From assembly GCA_902384675.1 (NCBI GenBank), contig CABMCT010000065.1, positions 1-41,042 on the forward strand: a DNA stretch of 41,042 nucleotides. Direction: 5' to 3'. Under the pieces are notes generated by a model. That model was not told the origin of the DNA, made no database searches, and worked only from the letters and a program-made list of their open reading frames with translations. Each line of letters starts with the position of its first letter. The stretch's first letter is position 1. Below, piece by piece: positions 27,018-35,269 of the stretch. The stretch comes from an uncultured archaeon. Lineage in GTDB: Archaea; EX4484-52; LFW-46. Both the position numbers and the translations under genes were made by a program.

Positions 27018-27090
27018 CGCCCCGGGCAGGACTTGAACCTGCGACAACATGGTTAACAGCCATGCACTCTACCTGCTGAGTTACCGGAGC
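27018..27090 (-). tRNA. tRNA-Asn(GTT), no intron
   Basis: GCTCCGG/CCGGGGC acceptor; CATGG CT GTT AA CCATG; GCAGG TTCAAGT CCTGC; TTTATAAA box at 27119-27126. Confidence 0.96.
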
Positions 27091-27138
27091 AACATTCTAA
27101 ATATAATAGGAGAAAACGTTTATAAATCCTTAGAAAGA

Positions 27139-27747
27139 TTACGATTTCTTCAAATCATCCTCCTTGCTCTGGCTCGCCCCGCTTTCGTTGAAATACTTCG
27201 CACCCTTCTTTGCGCCATACGGAACTTCCGCAGGGCTGCTCAAATTTTCAAGAACAAGCTGGCATATTCGCATGCCGCAGGTGAGCTTTATCGGAAGCCT
27301 GCCGATATTCGTAAGCTCAAGCGTGAGATACCCCTTGTATCCTGCATCGACAACGCCGGCAGTGCTGTGGACCTGCAATCCCAGCCTGCCTAAAGAGCTC
27401 CTGCCCTCAAGCCTGCCGACAAGGTCCACCGGCATCTCAACATGTTCCATAAGAGAAGCAAGAACAAATTCTCCCGGATGAAGCACAAAGGGCTTCTCGG
27501 AGATTAGAAGCGTGCTGTACTCGTATTCCTCGACTTTCGCGCCGTCAATTTCCCATTCCGCGATTTTTTTGTCATTAAAAGTGGTGGGGTCTATTGCGGA
27601 CTGGTTCGATGTCTTAAAAGTGCGAAATCGTGTGCCTAATCTTAAGTCAATAGAGCTTGTGCCCAATTGGGCTGAAAGCTCAAGAGGCGCTATTTTAAAG
27701 TCGCCTTTTTTTAATCGCGCCTTGATATCGCGGTCAGAGAGAACCAT
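27139..27747 (-). CDS. dcd: dCTP deaminase
   Basis: MVLSDRDI, SIDLRLG, LHPGEFVL, EGRSSLGRLGL, AGVVDAGYKGYLTLE. Confidence 0.94.
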   Translation of the reverse strand: MVLSDRDIKARLKKGDFKIAPLELSAQLGTSSIDLRLGTRFRTFKTSNQSAIDPTTFNDKKIAEWEIDGAKVEEYEYSTLLISEKPFVLHPGEFVLASLMEHVEMPVDLVGRLEGRSSLGRLGLQVHSTAGVVDAGYKGYLTLELTNIGRLPIKLTCGMRICQLVLENLSSPAEVPYGAKKGAKYFNESGASQSKEDDLKKS

Positions 27748-27786
27748 ACAATATATTTTCGGGGAAGGTTTATAAAAGGCAAGCAT

Positions 27787-28470
27787 TTATCGCTTTTTAA
27801 GAAGGAACTGAAATTCCATTCCTGCTCGAACAATCTTTTTTATTTTCAGACCCGACTTTTGAATTGCTTTCTCTATCTTTTCCTGTGGATATGCGTATAC
27901 TCTGATACCGTCTTTTTCTTCACCTTTTTTGAACTCCTCAAAAAGCTCCCCGCCAAGAAGTGGAAAATCTATTACGACGCGCCCCTCGGGTTTTAATACG
28001 CGCTTTGCTTCAGAAAGAACTTTTCTTGCAAAAGAAAGCGGATAATAATCCATAGCGCCCATGCACGTAACAAGATCAAAATATCGCGCATTATATCCTG
28101 TTTTTTCTATAGAACCAATAGCAATTTCTCCACTGTTGCTTATTCTTCGTTCAGCAATCTTTCGCTTAAGAATAGAAAGCATTTTCTCGGAAATATCAAT
28201 CCCGTGAACTATACATCTTTTTTCAACCAACTTCAGAAAAACCCTTCCCGTACCGCAGGCCATATCAAGAGCAACTTCACCACTTTTCGGATTTGCGAGT
28301 CTTATGAAATTTTTATCTTCAGCTTCCATCCCCCGTACCCATTCGGAAGATAATGGCGCTCGGTTTTTGATAGAAAGATGCTTTTCCAAGCATACATCAT
28401 AGAGCGATGCCTGCTTATCATACTCTTTTTTCAGTTTTTGTTTCCTGACATCAAGGGTTGCTCTCGCCAT
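27787..28470 (-). CDS. Class I SAM-dependent methyltransferase
   Basis: ALDMACGTG, GIDISEKML, FDLV, RVLKPEG. Start moved downstream to avoid overlap with the upstream gene. Confidence 0.88.
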   Translation of the reverse strand: MARATLDVRKQKLKKEYDKQASLYDVCLEKHLSIKNRAPLSSEWVRGMEAEDKNFIRLANPKSGEVALDMACGTGRVFLKLVEKRCIVHGIDISEKMLSILKRKIAERRISNSGEIAIGSIEKTGYNARYFDLVTCMGAMDYYPLSFARKVLSEAKRVLKPEGRVVIDFPLLGGELFEEFKKGEEKDGIRVYAYPQEKIEKAIQKSGLKIKKIVRAGMEFQFLLKKR

Positions 28471-28487
28471 AAACATGCAGAAAGTAC

Positions 28488-29663
28488 TTAAAACCATTTC
28501 TTTTCTTTCTTCTTTTCCTCTTCCTCTTCTTTTTTCTGCTCGCGCCATGTCGGCTTTAGTTTGTCCTCAAGCCCCCTGAGCGATGCCTTTGTGTTTCCGA
28601 TTCCGCAGGTATTGCCAACTCCTATGATTAAGATGCGCTTCTTCTTTGTATCCTTGACAAGCCTCTCCAGAATTTCAATAGCGTTTTTCTGCGCATCAAA
28701 GACCTCTTTCTTAAGCGGTATTGAAGCCTCTTCGGGTGCCATTTTTATTGCAATGCCGTCTGTAGGAATATCGTATTTCACTGCCACTTCCTCAATCTGT
28801 GAGCGCTCGACTCCGACGCCGCCCATCATAACGCCAACGCCTTCTGCAATCGAGCCGGTTTTCTCTCCTTCAAGCTTTCCTGCCGCGTCTATTGTAATTA
28901 TGTGGTCTATTTTCTCGCTCTTATGAAGTGCCTCGACTGCCTTGCCGAGTTTTCCCAAGGCGCTGCCGGGACCCTTTGCCTTAAGGACAAATACATCGCA
29001 ACCTGCGAGATTTTCCTTGCTTGCAATAACGTCCTTTGCAATTTCGCTGCCTTCCTTAGTTTTGAGGCTTGCTGCAACCATAGGCCCTATCGCATCTCCT
29101 ATCGGCATGCCGTCTGCAAATGCCTTTGTCGCCTTTGTGTTCGCCTTTGCAACCTTCATTATCATTGGCATCAGCATCTGGAGCATCATGGCATACTGCA
29201 GGTTGTTCGTTTTCTTTGTCATGATAATATAATGCCTTATCACCTTGTAAATCTGGTTAACGCCTATCGCGCCTATCAGGGCGAATTTCAGGTTTGCCTT
29301 ATCAATTGCATTCATTTTCGGTGCAATGCTTTCAACAAAATATGAGAATCTTCGCTCGGACTCATCCATTATATGCTCGATTTTTTTGACGATTCCAAAT
29401 GGATCAAGGTCAACAGGCGGGGCAATAAAGAAATCCATGAAATTCTTTACCAAATCTTTTTGCCTCTTGTCCGGCTTCGGGCTTATTTTTTTGAGAACAT
29501 AATCCTCGGAAGCCTTTCTATACCCGTCAAGCTCGGTAAGGTCGCTTTCAAGCTTGTATGTCATCTGCCATATCATAAGCCGCGGGTAAAAAAAGAAGAA
29601 AATAATCAGCAATATGAACGAAAGAATGCTGTTATCGCCTGTTAAAAAAGTTGTTATCGACAT
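28488..29663 (-). CDS. DUF1512-family archaeal protein
   Basis: PVDLDPFGIV, PIGDAIGP, IITIDAAGKLEGEKTG, GVGNTCGIG. Confidence 0.8.
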   Translation of the reverse strand: MSITTFLTGDNSILSFILLIIFFFFYPRLMIWQMTYKLESDLTELDGYRKASEDYVLKKISPKPDKRQKDLVKNFMDFFIAPPVDLDPFGIVKKIEHIMDESERRFSYFVESIAPKMNAIDKANLKFALIGAIGVNQIYKVIRHYIIMTKKTNNLQYAMMLQMLMPMIMKVAKANTKATKAFADGMPIGDAIGPMVAASLKTKEGSEIAKDVIASKENLAGCDVFVLKAKGPGSALGKLGKAVEALHKSEKIDHIITIDAAGKLEGEKTGSIAEGVGVMMGGVGVERSQIEEVAVKYDIPTDGIAIKMAPEEASIPLKKEVFDAQKNAIEILERLVKDTKKKRILIIGVGNTCGIGNTKASLRGLEDKLKPTWREQKKEEEEEKKKEKKWF

Positions 29664-29837
29664 GCACTCTTATTTAATTTTCAGCTTTATATATGTTATA
29701 GGACATAATTATCTATAATACGATACTGCCGCAAACAAGCTCGAAAAATCAGTGCGGCTGTATGCGATTCACCATATTTCGATTGATGTCGAATAGTATA
29801 TTTATTCCGCAAATGCGGATTTAACAGATGTGAAGGT

Positions 29838-30554
29838 ATGCCCGACTCTGATTCAACGCCATCCGAGAGGAAAATTGCAGCATTGCTTCTTATCGCGGTC
29901 GTTGCCGGAGCAATAGGCTTGTACAGCTACGGGCAGGAACATCCGGATACTATAAGCTCATTCAACTCTATTTTCAAGAGCATATCTTTCCCGACGGGCT
30001 TTTCCGCATTTTCCGCAGGCCGGCAGCAGACAGTTTCCATAGACTCGGAATTGACGTTCGAAACAACGCCTGCAACAGAAATAAAGCTCCAGAATCCTGC
30101 AGAAGAATTTTCGGTTTCTTTCAACAATCCCAATAATACGCTTACAATAGACGGCACTTCATGGCAATATTCTTCAGAGACCAAAGCAATATTTGAGAAT
30201 TATACCGGAAGCGTGATTCTTTCTCAGCCTTTATCGCTTTCGGGTTCGGCAAAAGGCCTCTCGGTAAATTCGGCAATAATACCGGAATCCGGCAAAGGCA
30301 TAAGCGTTTCATCGCCGTCTCTTGCGTCGGATTTTGCCATATTAAAAGGGCTGGAAGGCGTTGACCTCCAGTTAAAAAACGTAAGCGGGACAATAAATGC
30401 AAAGGATGACAAAAATTCCGCGGTGTATACAATCTCGAATATGGCACTTTCAATTTCTTCCTTTAAAGGCGATATCGAATATTACGGCAAAAAAATCGTT
30501 CTTAAAGGCTCCGGGAAAATTGACACTGAGCTGCTTGGAGTTAAAAAGGATTAG
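29838..30554 (+). CDS. Membrane-anchored hypothetical protein
   Basis: One N-terminal TM helix followed by a Ser/Thr/Gly-rich beta-type region. Confidence 0.65.
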   Translation: MPDSDSTPSERKIAALLLIAVVAGAIGLYSYGQEHPDTISSFNSIFKSISFPTGFSAFSAGRQQTVSIDSELTFETTPATEIKLQNPAEEFSVSFNNPNNTLTIDGTSWQYSSETKAIFENYTGSVILSQPLSLSGSAKGLSVNSAIIPESGKGISVSSPSLASDFAILKGLEGVDLQLKNVSGTINAKDDKNSAVYTISNMALSISSFKGDIEYYGKKIVLKGSGKIDTELLGVKKD

Positions 30555-30569
30555 AGCTGATATAATATC

Positions 30570-30989
30570 ATGCTCTCGGGCATTGCAATATCGGACAGCG
30601 TGATTCTTGTAATACTGCTTGCGGTATTCATAGTCGTAGGATACAAAGTCCTGACGATATTAAGAAACGCAATCATTATCGCTGTCCTTGCCGCGATTTT
30701 CCCGTATGCCCTGAATTATTTCGGCGCGCACTTCTCGACAACTATTTCATCAGAAATCCGTTATATTGCAGTTGCGCTTGGGCTGTACCTGATTTATGAA
30801 ATCATTATCCTGATTTTTGGAATCGGCAGGTTCTTCTGGGCGGCTTTAAAAATTCTTGCAACGCCGATTGTGTGGATTGGCGCGGCGATAAAGAAGCTGC
30901 TGTTTGGCGGGAAGAAAGAGGAAAAGGAAGAGAAGAAGGGTAAGGGTAGCGAGAAAGAAAAGGAAGATGAGAATAAAAAGGAGGATTAA
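30570..30989 (+). CDS. Small membrane protein with charged C-terminal tail
   Basis: Three to four hydrophobic segments; K/E-rich tail. Confidence 0.65.
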   Translation: MLSGIAISDSVILVILLAVFIVVGYKVLTILRNAIIIAVLAAIFPYALNYFGAHFSTTISSEIRYIAVALGLYLIYEIIILIFGIGRFFWAALKILATPIVWIGAAIKKLLFGGKKEEKEEKKGKGSEKEKEDENKKED

Positions 30990-31531
30990 GCATCTTTGAA
31001 AAATTGAACCGCAAACTTGCAAAATTCAATAATTGTTTCTTTATCGGTTTCAAACTCTTTTCTGCTGCCAAGATACTGGAATTCTTTTCCATTTTTCAGT
31101 TCCTCGACTGTCGCGCATTTTATGTGCTTCTTTGAGACAAGGATTATGTGCGCATTTCGATAAGGATAATCGTCGCCGCCTAACTTTTCATAATTAAATT
31201 CGCCATCGGCTCTAAACTTTACTTCTACAAAAAATACCTCTCCGGTTCTTTTATTCTGGACAACAAAATCCGGCATCCTTTTGATATTTTGCGCGACATC
31301 GCCTCTTACGCCCCTAAGCAGAGTCATAACACCGGGAATACTATTTTCCATTCCGTATCTGAAAACGTTATAATCTAATGTCAGAAAAAGTTCCTCTATT
31401 ATTGTTTCCGCAATTCGGCCTTTTATAACCTGATATCTATAGCCTATCTCCTTCTCTTTTTTAAAGCATTCGAGACACAAATCATGCGAACTATTCGTCA
31501 GTCGCGCGCCGCAATTTGAGCAGGAAGCCAT
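30986..31531 (-). CDS. PD-(D/E)xK nuclease-fold protein with N-terminal Zn ribbon
   Basis: CSNC...CLEC; GRIAE...MPDFVV...FFVEVK. Confidence 0.75.
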   Translation of the reverse strand: MASCSNCGARLTNSSHDLCLECFKKEKEIGYRYQVIKGRIAETIIEELFLTLDYNVFRYGMENSIPGVMTLLRGVRGDVAQNIKRMPDFVVQNKRTGEVFFVEVKFRADGEFNYEKLGGDDYPYRNAHIILVSKKHIKCATVEELKNGKEFQYLGSRKEFETDKETIIEFCKFAVQFFKDA

Positions 31532-31604
31532 AGAAGAGAATATGCCACAAAATTTAATAAACACGTTAATTCTTAAATTTTATTGATTATCTATATAGAG
31601 ATGC

Positions 31605-31675
31605 ACGGCAATGGTCCAGTGGTATGATGCGGGCTTCCCAAGCCTGCGATCCGGGTTCGATTCCCGGTTGCCGTA
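31605..31675 (+). tRNA. tRNA-Gly(CCC), no intron, A1-U72
   Basis: ACGGCAA/TTGCCGT acceptor; CGGGC TT CCC AA GCCTG; CCGGG TTCGATT CCCGG. Confidence 0.93.
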
Positions 31676-31902
31676 TCTACAGCCATTCACCAACATACTT
31701 GGGCTGGAGAGCCGAGAGTTCCGCACATAATGGTTGGCAAGGCGGAACGAACGGATTTTTTGCCATTAACCTAATGCTTTGGGCAAAAAGGAACTTTGCG
31801 TCGCGAATGGATTTCGAACCATTCGCCAATTGTGCCATGTTCGAAAGCTTGACACAGAGTGTCATGATTTTCAACCATTCATTAATTGCAATGTGTTGAA
31901 AT
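31676..31902 (+). repeat. Modular palindromic repeat cluster (4 units) immediately 3' of tRNA-Gly
   Basis: Arm pairs TCTACAGCC/GGCTGGAGA, TTTTTTGCC/GGCAAAAAG, TTTCGAACC/TGTTCGAAA and TTTTCAACC/TGTTGAAAT. Confidence 0.88.
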
Positions 31903-31936
31903 CGGGGTGATAAACTCATTCCCCTTAAACTTGAAA

Positions 31937-32089
31937 TTATACCGGCCTGCGCCCCTGGATTATCCTGATAAGCACGATTATAATTGCGAGGATAAGTAAA
32001 AAATGGATAAACCCGCCTATAGTGTACGCAGTTACCATTCCCAACAGCCACAAAATGATAAGAATTGCTGCAATAGCTTCTAGCCACAT
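31937..32089 (-). CDS. 50-aa membrane protein (lmo0937/DUF5670-like)
   Basis: Not in ORF track: MWLEAIAAILIILWLLGMVTAYTIGGFIHFLLILAIIIVLIRIIQGRRPV, with AGGTGA Shine-Dalgarno. Confidence 0.85.
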   Translation of the reverse strand: MWLEAIAAILIILWLLGMVTAYTIGGFIHFLLILAIIIVLIRIIQGRRPV

Positions 32090-32212
32090 ATTAGTCACCT
32101 TAGTTGGTAATGGTCATTGTGGCGGTTATAAAGCTTATCATAAAGCGGCGCTCATGCTGGCGATTGTCGAAAAATGCATATGTTTTTATAACTGACCGGC
32201 TAAATCAGTTTT

Positions 32213-32542
32213 ATGATAACCTGGGATGATTTTGAAAAGGTGGAAATTAAAGTTGGAACAATTATCGAAGCAGAAGAATTTCCGCAGGCAAAGAATCCGG
32301 CATACAAGCTTAAAATCGATTTCGGGAACTCGCTGATTAAAAAGTCAAGCGCACAAATCACAGAGCTTTACAAAAAAGATGACCTGGTCGGCAGGCAGGT
32401 TATTTGCGTGACGAATTTTGCGCCAAAACAGATTGCGAACTTTGTTTCCGAGGTTCTTGTTCTTGGTGTTGTCCTTCCGGATAAAGAGGTTGTATTGCTA
32501 CAGCCGGAAAGAAAGGTTCCGGAAGGATATCGGATTGGCTAA
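32213..32542 (+). CDS. csaA: CsaA / tRNA-binding OB-fold protein
   Basis: DDFEKVEIKVGTI...PAYKLKIDFG...SSAQIT...NFAPKQIANFVSEVLVLG. Confidence 0.9.
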   Translation: MITWDDFEKVEIKVGTIIEAEEFPQAKNPAYKLKIDFGNSLIKKSSAQITELYKKDDLVGRQVICVTNFAPKQIANFVSEVLVLGVVLPDKEVVLLQPERKVPEGYRIG

Positions 32543-33110
32543 TGCCTGCATCTTGCGGAAAACACAAAGCGTTCATATACCGGAATGCAAGCATTGTGCT
32601 GATAAAAGACAGCCCAATCATAAAAACAAACAATGCTCCAAAGCCAAAAGTGTAGACTACTGCCGCGCCGATAAGAGGCGCTCCTCCGGTGATAAAAGAA
32701 TTTATGCTCATATTAAAACCCCACTCCGGCGAGAACCCGCGGTTATCCAGGTGCGCTGCAAACAATGAATTATAAGATAAGCTGCCCATTGCTTCCCCCA
32801 GCGCGAGAAATAATTGAATCAGATATAGCTGCCAGACACTGCCGGCGAAAATATACCCCATCCAGCCTGTTGCCCGAAAGACAAACCCGAGTATCAGGAG
32901 ATGGCTGACATATTCCCGGGAATGCTTCCATCTGCTGACAAAATAAGCGAGTATGCCGACAGAAAGAATGTAAAAGCTCCATATCCCTCCGATGTTGACA
33001 ACTCCGACATCCATCTTCTGGATGTATGAGGCGTAAAGAGGCGCAAACATATTTATGGCAAAAACGAAAAACGAGTTGATTAACATAAGGTGTTTAATTT
33101 GTTTGCGCAT
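32400..33110 (-). CDS. Half-size MFS transporter
   Basis: About six TM segments, LALGEAMG, APLIGA. The 3' end overlaps csaA antisense. Confidence 0.65.
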   Translation of the reverse strand: MRKQIKHLMLINSFFVFAINMFAPLYASYIQKMDVGVVNIGGIWSFYILSVGILAYFVSRWKHSREYVSHLLILGFVFRATGWMGYIFAGSVWQLYLIQLFLALGEAMGSLSYNSLFAAHLDNRGFSPEWGFNMSINSFITGGAPLIGAAVVYTFGFGALFVFMIGLSFISTMLAFRYMNALCFPQDAGISQSDILPEPFFPAVAIQPLYPEGQHQEQEPRKQSSQSVLAQNSSRK

Positions 33111-33270
33111 GGTAACCCTGCCATTAAGATGGGAACTCAATAATATATATTTAACGATATAGTTAGCGGATTGAATGACAGGGATTCTAATAGAGCATCC
33201 TGAAGGCAAGTTGCACCCGCCGGGAGCTATTAAAACCCTTTTTATTCTTTCCCACTACATTAGATTACGT

Positions 33271-33460
33271 GCCGGAGTCGCATAGCTCGGTAGTGCGACG
33301 GTCTCGAACAGTTTCTTTTCTTTCTTTTTCAAAGAAAGAATAGACAAATCTGGGTAGAAAAGAAAGAAACCGCCGACTTGCGCATCAGCGCAAGTCACCA
33401 GATATCTGTGAGCTAACCGTTGTCCGCAAGGACTCGCAGGTTCGAATCCTGCTTCCGGCG
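33271..33460 (+). tRNA. tRNA-Ser(CGA) with 106-nt intron at position 37/38 (intron 33309-33414)
   Basis: GCCGGAG/TTCCGGC acceptor; ACGGT CT CGA A...A ACCGT; long variable arm GTCC GCAA GGAC; G discriminator; intron TGAG pairs with CTCG. Confidence 0.93.
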
Positions 33461-33678
33461 TTTTTCGACATTAGCCAATGGGGTTGGTCGAAAAAGCCAA
33501 GAGCGACGCAATCGATGGCAGACAAGGCGTCGCGAACGGATTTCGAACCATTCGCCAATTGTGCCGGATTCGAAAGCTTGACACAAAGTATGCTGATTTC
33601 CAACCATCTGCTAAATGCGTTGGGTTGAAACAAAAGATTGATGTGAAACGTTTCACATCAACAGCTTTGGGCGAAAAT
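33461..33678 (+). repeat. Modular palindromic repeat cluster (3 units plus 24-bp perfect palindrome) immediately 3' of tRNA-Ser
   Basis: Arm pairs TTTTTCGAC/GTCGAAAAA, TTTCGAACC/GATTCGAAA and TTTCCAACC/GGTTGAAAC; TTGATGTGAAACGTTTCACATCAA at 33638-33661. Confidence 0.88.
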
Positions 33679-33688
33679 TACACTTTAT

Positions 33689-34336
33689 TTACTTCTCCTT
33701 TAGCAATCTCGTAATCCCGTTCACGTGCCCTGCCCCGACCACAACAACAATCGTGCTGAACTGCTCCTGCAATTTTCTGATATTGCGCGCCATGTGCCGG
33801 TTTCTCTCCTCGATAAGAACTTCGTAAATCGCCGGGAACTCCCTCTTTAACTCGGTTAGCGCGCGCTCAATCAGCTTTTCGTCGGGCACCTTGTTCAAAT
33901 CGATTTCGGCAAGCATGGTAACACCCTTGATAGGCACGCCCACAAGCGCAGGGATTAAATAAACCAGAAGCTTAAGTTTGCCGAAAAATCCGAGTTTTTT
34001 CATCAGGCGCGAAACAGTATAGTTTATGTCCTGGTCGATAAAAGCACACCGCACGCCGTTCATTGTGGCGAATTCAACAGCAGCCATCATCTCAGTGCCG
34101 GGAAAAATATTCGTCTGCTTGCTCAGATTCTCCTGCAGCTTTTGCATTAATGTCAGTATTGTTTTTTGCAAAAAAGGTAGTTTCACCTCGCCTCTTTGCT
34201 TATAAAGCATCGCATAATACCTGTTATAATCGAGTTCTACTGCTATGCATTCCGGCTTCTTTTCCTTTATCGCTTCTTTTACTTTTTCGACACTTTCGCG
34301 CGCGATGTGCGATGTTCCGATGATGTAGACTGGCAT
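33689..34336 (-). CDS. TraB/PrgY/GumN family protein
   Basis: IIGTSH, IAVELD..R, PGTEM, IDQDI, EERNRHM, VVGAGH. Confidence 0.88.
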   Translation of the reverse strand: MPVYIIGTSHIARESVEKVKEAIKEKKPECIAVELDYNRYYAMLYKQRGEVKLPFLQKTILTLMQKLQENLSKQTNIFPGTEMMAAVEFATMNGVRCAFIDQDINYTVSRLMKKLGFFGKLKLLVYLIPALVGVPIKGVTMLAEIDLNKVPDEKLIERALTELKREFPAIYEVLIEERNRHMARNIRKLQEQFSTIVVVVGAGHVNGITRLLKEK

Positions 34337-34358
34337 GAGAGTAATTTCGCGCAGGTTA

Positions 34359-35027
34359 TTATAAAGATATTAGAATCTTGTCAAGTTTTGGCGGCAAAAG
34401 TTCTTCAAGACTTCCAAGAACTATATCAGGCGCGAGTTTCTTCAAATCCTTCTTTGATGTCGTTCCTGTCGCAACTGCAATGCATTTCATCCCCGCAGCT
34501 TTTGCTGCCATAACGCCCCATGGAGAATCTTCGAAAACAACGCAATCTTTGGGTGCGACATTCAGCTTTTCTGCGGCTTTAAGAAAAATTTCGGGATGAG
34601 GCTTGCTGTTCTTGATATCATCAGCAGAAACTATTTCTTGGATTTTGTTTCTGACGCCTATTTTTTGGAGCATCATCTCGATTTCAACTTTTCGTGCCGA
34701 TGAAGCCACAGCCATCGGTATTTTGCGTTTTTCAAGTTCGGATATGAAGTCAACCACACTAGGCAGAGCGACAACAAACGTGCTGCCTCCGGAAGAAAAA
34801 AATTCTCGCTTAACTCGCGCCAGTTCTTCAACTGTTTTGTCAACAAATGGCTTTTTCAAAAACTGCCGGATAATTTCAGTGCCTGATTGGCCGTAGTATT
34901 TTGAAAATACTTTTCGCGTCATTTTAGGCATATTCAGTTTTTTTGCAGCTTCGTCATAAGCCCACAAGTGCCCCGCGAATGCGTCAACCAGCGTCCCATC
35001 AAGGTCAAAGATTACTGCGCGAATCAT
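34359..35027 (-). CDS. HAD-superfamily phosphatase
   Basis: FDLDGTLVD, VASS, KPHPE, FEDSPWG. Confidence 0.92.
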   Translation of the reverse strand: MIRAVIFDLDGTLVDAFAGHLWAYDEAAKKLNMPKMTRKVFSKYYGQSGTEIIRQFLKKPFVDKTVEELARVKREFFSSGGSTFVVALPSVVDFISELEKRKIPMAVASSARKVEIEMMLQKIGVRNKIQEIVSADDIKNSKPHPEIFLKAAEKLNVAPKDCVVFEDSPWGVMAAKAAGMKCIAVATGTTSKKDLKKLAPDIVLGSLEELLPPKLDKILISL

Positions 35028-35049
35028 GAAAATAAATGGCAAGAAAAAG

Positions 35050-35202
35050 TTATAACCTCAAGAAATGCACCACTACACTAGCAAGAACAAAGCCGATTAT
35101 ATCGCCGATAAAAACCGATATGGACGGGAACAAAAGGTAAAAGACAGCTTCTGCAAGAAGATATACAAAAATGAAGACCACTGCCTTGGTTAGGTAGCCC
35201 AT
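35050..35202 (-). CDS. Small two-helix membrane protein
   Basis: MGYLTKAVVFIFVYLLAE...IIGFVLASVVVHFLRL. Confidence 0.5.
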   Translation of the reverse strand: MGYLTKAVVFIFVYLLAEAVFYLLFPSISVFIGDIIGFVLASVVVHFLRL

Positions 35203-35269
35203 ATTAAAAATATGGACAAAAGAAGATATAAGCCGCAACTACAATCTTAGAAAGTGCATAATCAAGAGC

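Noticed and set aside
31605-33460. Integrated element bounded by tRNA att sites
   Set aside because: No duplicated tRNA 3' end and no integrase seen; GGTTCGAAATCC strings in the repeats only superficially resemble T-arms.
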